Program-made: the position numbers and the translations under genes | Assembly (NCBI GenBank): GCA_016707785.1 | Contig: JADJGZ010000011.1 | Coordinates: forward strand, 75,859-139,858 | Source of the DNA: Bacteroidales bacterium | GTDB lineage: Bacteria; Bacteroidota; Bacteroidia; Bacteroidales; UBA4417 | Direction: 5' to 3' | DNA length: 64,000 nucleotides | Shown here: one piece after another, positions 62,671-64,000 of the stretch | Numbering within the stretch: position 1 is the stretch's first letter | How the letters are laid out: the number at the start of each line of letters is the position of its first letter | The notes under the pieces: generated by a model | Databases searched by the model: none | What the model was told of the DNA's origin: nothing | The model's input: only the letters and a program-made list of their open reading frames with translations

Positions 62671-63535
62671 TCAGAATATCCATCTGTAACCAAAAACGAT
62701 AGTGACTCCGACATGAATCACCATAATCACCAGCATTACAAGAGCAAAAGGTAAATGTGCTACATGCCAGTATTTAAATAGGTTCTGCATGGTAACCAGG
62801 CGCTCTATGCGTCGGTTCAGGGAGATTTCATTGTTTACCAACCTGATTACTTGTTTACGTTCTGCTTTGGGTATCTTATTGCTTCTCAGCACATTTTTAC
62901 ACTACGTAGCGCTTTCTTATCCTGTATGTAACGTTTCAATGTACGTGAAAACACATTGCCCTGAAAACGACTGATCTTTGAACGGGTAGAGGCGACAATC
63001 AATTCAAAACTGCCTTCATCCAGCTGTACCGATTGATTTAAGGCTGCTCCAATATCCCCTTTCATATCTCTTATTTCATTCAGACTCAATTCCCGGCCTT
63101 CTATGCTCCTGGGAATTTGAATGTAAATAAATCTTCCGATGATTCCACTAAGAAAACAGCTACCATACTCCAGAAACTGATGGCAACAATACCACCGAAT
63201 TTGAAGGAGGTATGGAATAAAACCAGGATTGGACCTAATGTACATAAAAGATGTGAAATTCAAGCCAATGCTTCAAAAGGCCTAACCTTGAAAATATCCT
63301 GTACCTTTTTCGGGCCATATACAGAATGACTCAAAAATCATGAATAAAGAACCAATGATCCCGATTCCATGACCAAGAATGCCACTGGGTTTGAGTATGG
63401 AATGATCCGGATGGAAAGCTCTCTCTTCCATGCTGGTAATATAGTAAGCGTATCCCTTCATGAAAAGGGCAACCAGGCAACGATCACAATTAATGAAAGA
63501 GTTACCAGGTAGATTCTGTGAGCTGTTTTAGTCAT
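62671..63535 (-). pseudogene. His-rich polytopic membrane protein (possible heme-b/quinone-side module), multiply frameshifted
   Basis: Track pieces 62671..62892 and 62886..63263 are in different frames. My translation upstream needs about 3 further shifts to read MTKTAHRIYLVTLSLIVIVAWLPF / FMKGYAYYITSMEERAFHPDHSILKPSGILGHGIGIIGSLFMIF / VILYMARKRYRIFSRLGLLKHWLEFHIF / LCTLGPILVLFHTSFKFGGIVAISFWSMVAVF / SGIIGRFIYIQIPRS... / LRSNKIPKAERK...LFKYWHVAHLPFALVMLVIMVIHVGVTIVFGYRWIF. Confidence 0.6.
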
Positions 63536-63592
63536 CCAAAGTAATTAATTGTGTATCAAATAGTTGCTTTGTTTCCATTTGATTGAGAAAAT

Positions 63593-63600
63593 CAAATTTA
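63593..63600 (-). promoter_or_regulatory. Candidate -7 promoter box (TAAATTTG on the minus strand) for the cytochrome cluster
   Basis: The plus strand reads caaattta. It lies ~58 nt upstream of the ATG at 63535. Confidence 0.3.
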
Positions 63601-63634
63601 ATATAAATAACCAAGAAACTATTGCATTTATTTT

Positions 63635-63655
63635 AATTTAGAATTATTCTAAATT
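63635..63655. promoter_or_regulatory. Perfect 10-1-10 palindrome AATTTAGAAT-T-ATTCTAAATT upstream of the cytochrome cluster
   Basis: Inverted repeat read directly. It lies ~35-55 nt upstream of the candidate -7 box, in an AT-rich non-coding region. Confidence 0.4.
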
Positions 63656-63936
63656 GTCATTTTGGACTCATTCGAGACTAAATATCCAGGCCGAATCAAT
63701 ATATGATAATCCAGGAAAAGTAATCTTTTGAAATGGACAGAAAATACTGAATAATAGCTTGCTAAGTTCAATTAGCAATTATCCAGTTTCTTACAAATAC
63801 ATCTAAGTCATTATTAATAATATATTAATATTTATTTATTTATATATGTTGATATTACTTGATTATTATTTTTCATTTCTTATACTTATACTAAAAATAG
63901 CCTCTTGTACTAATAATGTACGTATTTAATAATTTT

Positions 63937-64000
63937 ATGCGAGGATTTCTGGAATTTAAAGATATGTACTTTTCTAATGGTACGAAGAATCCCTTGCCCC
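63937..64000 (+). CDS. Possible start of a plus-strand gene running off the right edge
   Basis: ATG at 63937 followed by an open frame MRGFLEFKDMYFSNGTKNPLP.... Too short to judge. Confidence 0.2.
   Translation, partial: MRGFLEFKDMYFSNGTKNPLP

Overview
The window looks like a Bacteroidota-type chromosome segment. I infer this from a SusC/SusD plus ECF sigma/anti-sigma locus, four proteins with T9SS C-terminal sorting domains, and TAnnTTTG-like promoter boxes. No rRNA, CRISPR array, transposase or integrase was seen.

The left ~49 kb is ordinary and intact. It holds housekeeping and envelope genes: dnaK, mutS, panB, pruA, tRNA-Gly and tRNA-Leu, a TonB-dependent receptor, OmpA, a DEAD-box helicase, an MFS transporter and others. 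It also holds a PUL-like locus: sigma, anti-sigma, SusC with an STN domain, SusD, two T9SS cargo proteins built from four paralogous LamG modules, and a GH16.

The right ~15 kb is the unusual part.
- A minus-strand five-gene cluster (53.3-63.5 kb) encodes a His-rich polytopic membrane protein, a membrane-anchored FeS/FAD/NAD(P) oxidoreductase, one collinear ~1860-codon reading frame with about 70 heme-c motifs, a 538-aa outer-membrane beta-barrel and a 251-aa anchored protein. This looks like a porin-cytochrome type electron conduit with its own inner-membrane input module.
- The giant cytochrome, the membrane protein, a neighbouring hybrid histidine kinase and an esterase carry many 1-nt frameshifts, two in-frame stops and a lost heme-ligand histidine. 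The first 49 kb shows none of this.
- I cannot tell real gene decay from local assembly or basecalling error without reads.

The second unexplained signal is a family of mosaic intergenic elements. They consist of arrays of different 7-8 nt tandem repeats combined with ~26-29 nt double-hairpin units. They occur at five places: around the two tRNAs, and filling the GH16/DUF5009 intergenic region.

All coordinates were derived by eye and may be off by a few nt. Functions rest on motif recognition, not database searches.
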